NCBI GenBank assembly: GCA_027491735.1
Contig: JAOZGP010000023.1
Span: 1-64,000 of the forward strand
DNA: 64,000 nt
From: Thermoproteota archaeon
GTDB taxonomy: Archaea; Korarchaeota; Korarchaeia; Korarchaeales; Korarchaeaceae
Direction of reading: 5' to 3'
The translations under genes were made by a program, and so were the position numbers. The first letter of the stretch is position 1. Every line of letters starts with the position of its first letter. The notes beneath the pieces were generated by a model that worked only from the letters and a program-made list of their open reading frames with translations, had not been told where the DNA came from and ran no database searches. Below, one piece after another: positions 61,110 through 64,000 of this stretch.

Positions 61110-61613
61110 CTAGCTTGAGGTTGAGGCTTTAGTCTCTGGGGTGACGGGAAATCGCATCCTGAAATCGATCCTGATGGAAAGCAGGGACTCCAGAAGTTCC
61201 TTCTCCGACTTAAAATCCCCCTCCTCCTCACACAAAACGAGGATCGGTTTGGAGAACCTGAGCTTCAGAGATCTCACCTCCTTAGCACTGCTGGCCTTCC
61301 CCACCTTTATCACATCCTCCCTTCGAGAGATCCAGTCATCTAGACCCACTAGCACGATGTAATCAGGTGGGATCTGAGAACTTCTGCTCACGAGGTTCAC
61401 GAGCTCCTCAACATTGAATACCTCACACCTCTGAGTTATCTGAGCGTGTCTCCTTCCTAGAAGGCAGAGGATCCCCGCTCCCTCGAGGTTATGGGACGGC
61501 TCTCTTGACACTCTATTCACGACAGCACTCCTGTATCCTCTGCTGGAGAGCTTTCTCATGATCGGCTGAAGAAGCTCCTTTCCTCTGCTCCCCACCAAGC
61601 AGACGACCTTCAT
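61110..61613 (-). CDS. Divergent MobB-like protein
   Basis: MKVVCLVG...L...L..RGY...V, AG, D.IVL.G layout resembles MobB, but the P-loop GKTT is missing. Confidence 0.4.
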   Translation of the reverse strand: MKVVCLVGSRGKELLQPIMRKLSSRGYRSAVVNRVSREPSHNLEGAGILCLLGRRHAQITQRCEVFNVEELVNLVSRSSQIPPDYIVLVGLDDWISRREDVIKVGKASSAKEVRSLKLRFSKPILVLCEEEGDFKSEKELLESLLSIRIDFRMRFPVTPETKASTSS

Positions 61614-61665
61614 AAGATCTTCAACTCCTGGAAAGAATAAAAAAGGTGGAGTGTCAAGTTACCCC

Positions 61666-62202
61666 ATGATCGTCGTGGTTGGATCGACAAACCCCGTGAA
61701 AGTGGAGGCCACGGAGAATGCCTTCTCCAGAGCGTTCAATGAGGATGTTGAGGTTAGAAGTGTGAAGGTCGATAGTGGAGTGAGAAGCCAGCCTGTAGAC
61801 GAGGAGGTCATGATTGGAGCGATGAACAGGGCTAAAATGGCGATGAAGCTTGTTGAAGCAGACTTCTCAGTGGGCATAGAGGGAGGTCTCTTCAGGTTGT
61901 TTGGAAGGTATTTCTGCGCCGGCTTCGTGGTGGTGATGGATAGGTCTGGCAGGGTGGGAACCGGGACCAGTGGATGGTTTGAGTGCCCAGAGCCTTTCAT
62001 CCCCAAGATGCTCGCTGGAGAGGAGCTGGGAGAGATAATGGCTGAGATCTCAGGAGATCATGAGATAAAGAGGAAGATCGGGGCGATAGGATTCTTCACA
62101 AGAGGAGCTGTCTCCAGAAGCAGGCTCTATGAGCACGGAGTGCTCATGGCCTTAGCCAAGTTCATAGCGGGAGATAGATGGCCGCAGGTGATAAGGGATT
62201 AG
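61666..62202 (+). CDS. yjjX: Inosine/xanthosine triphosphatase (YjjX/DUF84)
   Basis: [33 protein letters not shown]...R. Confidence 0.9.
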   Translation: MIVVVGSTNPVKVEATENAFSRAFNEDVEVRSVKVDSGVRSQPVDEEVMIGAMNRAKMAMKLVEADFSVGIEGGLFRLFGRYFCAGFVVVMDRSGRVGTGTSGWFECPEPFIPKMLAGEELGEIMAEISGDHEIKRKIGAIGFFTRGAVSRSRLYEHGVLMALAKFIAGDRWPQVIRD

Positions 62203-62734
62203 ATCCTCGTGCAGCTCCCGATCTCCGATAGATCATAGAGGCTATCGACGAACGAGTGACGGATCTGAGAGTTATCTACCTCTGCTGGTTCTTGTAAAGC
62301 TCTGTTCTCTCCGAACATCGCAGACCCGACGTGAAATGAGACTCCTGGGACCAGAGCTTCATCATCCTCGATAGCGATCCAACCCGGGAGGCCCATGTCA
62401 GTGCATCAGTCAAGTGTGCCGTTCAACACTCCAGTTCTGAGGTTGGACTTCTTCTCAAGAAGCTTCAACTGCTGAGAAATGCCTTCTCACTCATCAGATT
62501 CCATCCAGCTCGATGGCTCAGGGGTATAATTGATATTAAGTATAAGTCCTTAGCTGGATCTCTTATTAACCTCGCTAAGCAGGTGACCGTGTTTCTCCAG
62601 CTTTTCCGAGATCTCCTTGTTTAGTAAGCTGGCTACCACAGCCCTGAACTTCTCATTCTTTCGAGCTCCTTCACCAGAAACCTTGACAGGAGCATGATTG
62701 CGGTTTCCCTCAAGAGCTTCTTTTCTAGGGACAA

Positions 62735-64000
62735 TTAAGGAGGATCTACGTGCCTCATTCTCCTCCAAGCTGCATGGGGAGGAGCTGCGGCCTTCGACGG
62801 GTAGACCTCCAGGCTCATCTCCACGTTCACGGGGAAGGGTATCGGACTCGCCATCCCCCAGATTATGGCCTCGTTGTCGTCCAGGCTCGGGAGGAAGCTT
62901 CTCATCGACTCGTCGCACTCAGTGTACCTCATTATAGCCTCCTGGTCGTTACCGTTCCTCAGTCTGAAGGAGGCTATGGTGTTGCACTGGCTTATGACGC
63001 TCTTGCTCAGATAGGCAGGCCTCTGACTCACCACAACGAATCCCAGATTGTATCCACCGCTCTGGCTTATGGCCTCCACGAAGGCCTGAGCAACCCCCGA
63101 GGAGTGGGGATCTCCGACTACGGGAGCACCTTTCTCAGGTATGAAATACTGTGCTTCCTCCACGAGCACTATCAGGGCGAAGTTCCCCTCTCTTCTCGAC
63201 TCCACCGCTCTTCTCAGGAGGTCCCTTATCATGTTTCTGGTGGCCAGGAACTGGTCCTCGTAGTTAGTGTCCAAACTGTAGTCCAATATCACCACATCGC
63301 TTGAGGAGAGGGCATCCAAGATGTCCCTCCCCTCCCCTCTCTCCCTCTCGATCCTGTGACCAAACCTCCGGAGTCTAGCCTTGATCTCTCTTATCTTCTG
63401 AATCCTGTCCTTAGATCCAAGCTCGTTCAGAAGGGTTGAGACCTCCGACAGAAGGTTATCCCTGTTCACTGGGAAACCCTTGGAGACTATGTCCTCCGCT
63501 GCCAAGACCACGATCCTCCACAGGGAGGTTCCAGGAGATATCTTCAACATCCTGGCGACGTCCTCCGGCTTGAGGAATCCAGACACTGGCACAAACCTCC
63601 TGTAGTCGTACATTACAGCAGCTTTGTTTTTTGTAAGTCCCTCGTACTCTCCTCTCCTATCCAGAACAAGAAACTTCGGCCTGACGTTCAGTCTCAGGGA
63701 CTTGAGTATCAGGTTCATGGAGAACGTGCTGTTGTGCACGAAGATTCCATTTGCCAAGAAGTTCTCACAGGAAAAGACTGAGAGGTCATACACGTAGTCG
63801 TTGTATTTCACCTTTCTGACCTCAACAACTTCGTCCACGTCGAGTTCTGAGGTCAGTATCCCTATGTACTCCCTTAGAGTAATTCCTTCTCCCTTGATAG
63901 GGTCGATGTAGGCATCCTTCACCTGTCTGAGAATCTCCTGCAGAACCCTCTTTCTCTGTACCAACCTGCCAAAGTACGGTTTCAGCTTTCGACATTTGTT
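62735..64000 (-). CDS. HerA/FtsK-like (DUF87) ATPase, 5'-partial, intein-containing
   Basis: Frame is open to the window edge; C-extein STFS..., LDRRGEY, Walker B VEEAQYF, SQRPA, SV.SQCNT...RL.N..DQ, LP.L...EA. Confidence 0.85.
   Translation of the reverse strand, partial: NKCRKLKPYFGRLVQRKRVLQEILRQVKDAYIDPIKGEGITLREYIGILTSELDVDEVVEVRKVKYNDYVYDLSVFSCENFLANGIFVHNSTFSMNLILKSLRLNVRPKFLVLDRRGEYEGLTKNKAAVMYDYRRFVPVSGFLKPEDVARMLKISPGTSLWRIVVLAAEDIVSKGFPVNRDNLLSEVSTLLNELGSKDRIQKIREIKARLRRFGHRIERERGEGRDILDALSSSDVVILDYSLDTNYEDQFLATRNMIRDLLRRAVESRREGNFALIVLVEEAQYFIPEKGAPVVGDPHSSGVAQAFVEAISQSGGYNLGFVVVSQRPAYLSKSVISQCNTIASFRLRNGNDQEAIMRYTECDESMRSFLPSLDDNEAIIWGMASPIPFPVNVEMSLEVYPSKAAAPPHAAWRRMRHVDPP
63731..64000 (-). 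mobile_element. C-terminal part of an intein inserted at the P-loop of the HerA-like ATPase
   Basis: Block F YVYDLSV...ENFLANG and block G VHN, followed by Ser+1 (AGC at 63728-63730). Confidence 0.9.

Noticed and set aside
1-64000. CRISPR array, tRNA/rRNA genes, transposases, integrases
   Set aside because: No regularly spaced repeats, tRNA T-loop motifs or mobile-element proteins were recognised by eye; small C/D-box sRNAs cannot be excluded without a scan.

Overview
A gene-dense 64 kb stretch of an archaeal chromosome. The source is probably a (hyper)thermophile of Korarchaeota type; this is inferred from AGG/ATA-rich codon usage, GGTGA/GGAGG ribosome-binding motifs and archaeal families such as Lhr+MPE, archaemetzincin, Trm14 and TmcA. 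Identifiable loci are a NitT/TauT ABC transporter, menaquinone-type UbiA/UbiD genes, a MenK/MqnK-like radical SAM methyltransferase, tmcA, a PKD surface protein, Lhr helicase with a metallophosphoesterase, a complete 10-gene his operon, pstSCAB, a frameshifted ATP-dependent DNA ligase, ATP-type PEP carboxykinase, fused GMP synthase, a polar amino-acid ABC transporter, lysC-asd and, at the right edge, an intein-containing HerA-like ATPase. Many spacers hold gene debris (cobN, M42 peptidase, MoeA-PBP, trm14), often broken at homopolymer runs. The most unusual element is an orphan 676-aa beta-class DNA methyltransferase that looks like a single-chain pseudo-dimer: a catalytic domain plus a dead second MTase fold carrying a Zn-ribbon/HTH recognition region. 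No tRNA, rRNA, CRISPR array or transposase was recognised. All family calls come from reading motifs by eye; no database searches were run.
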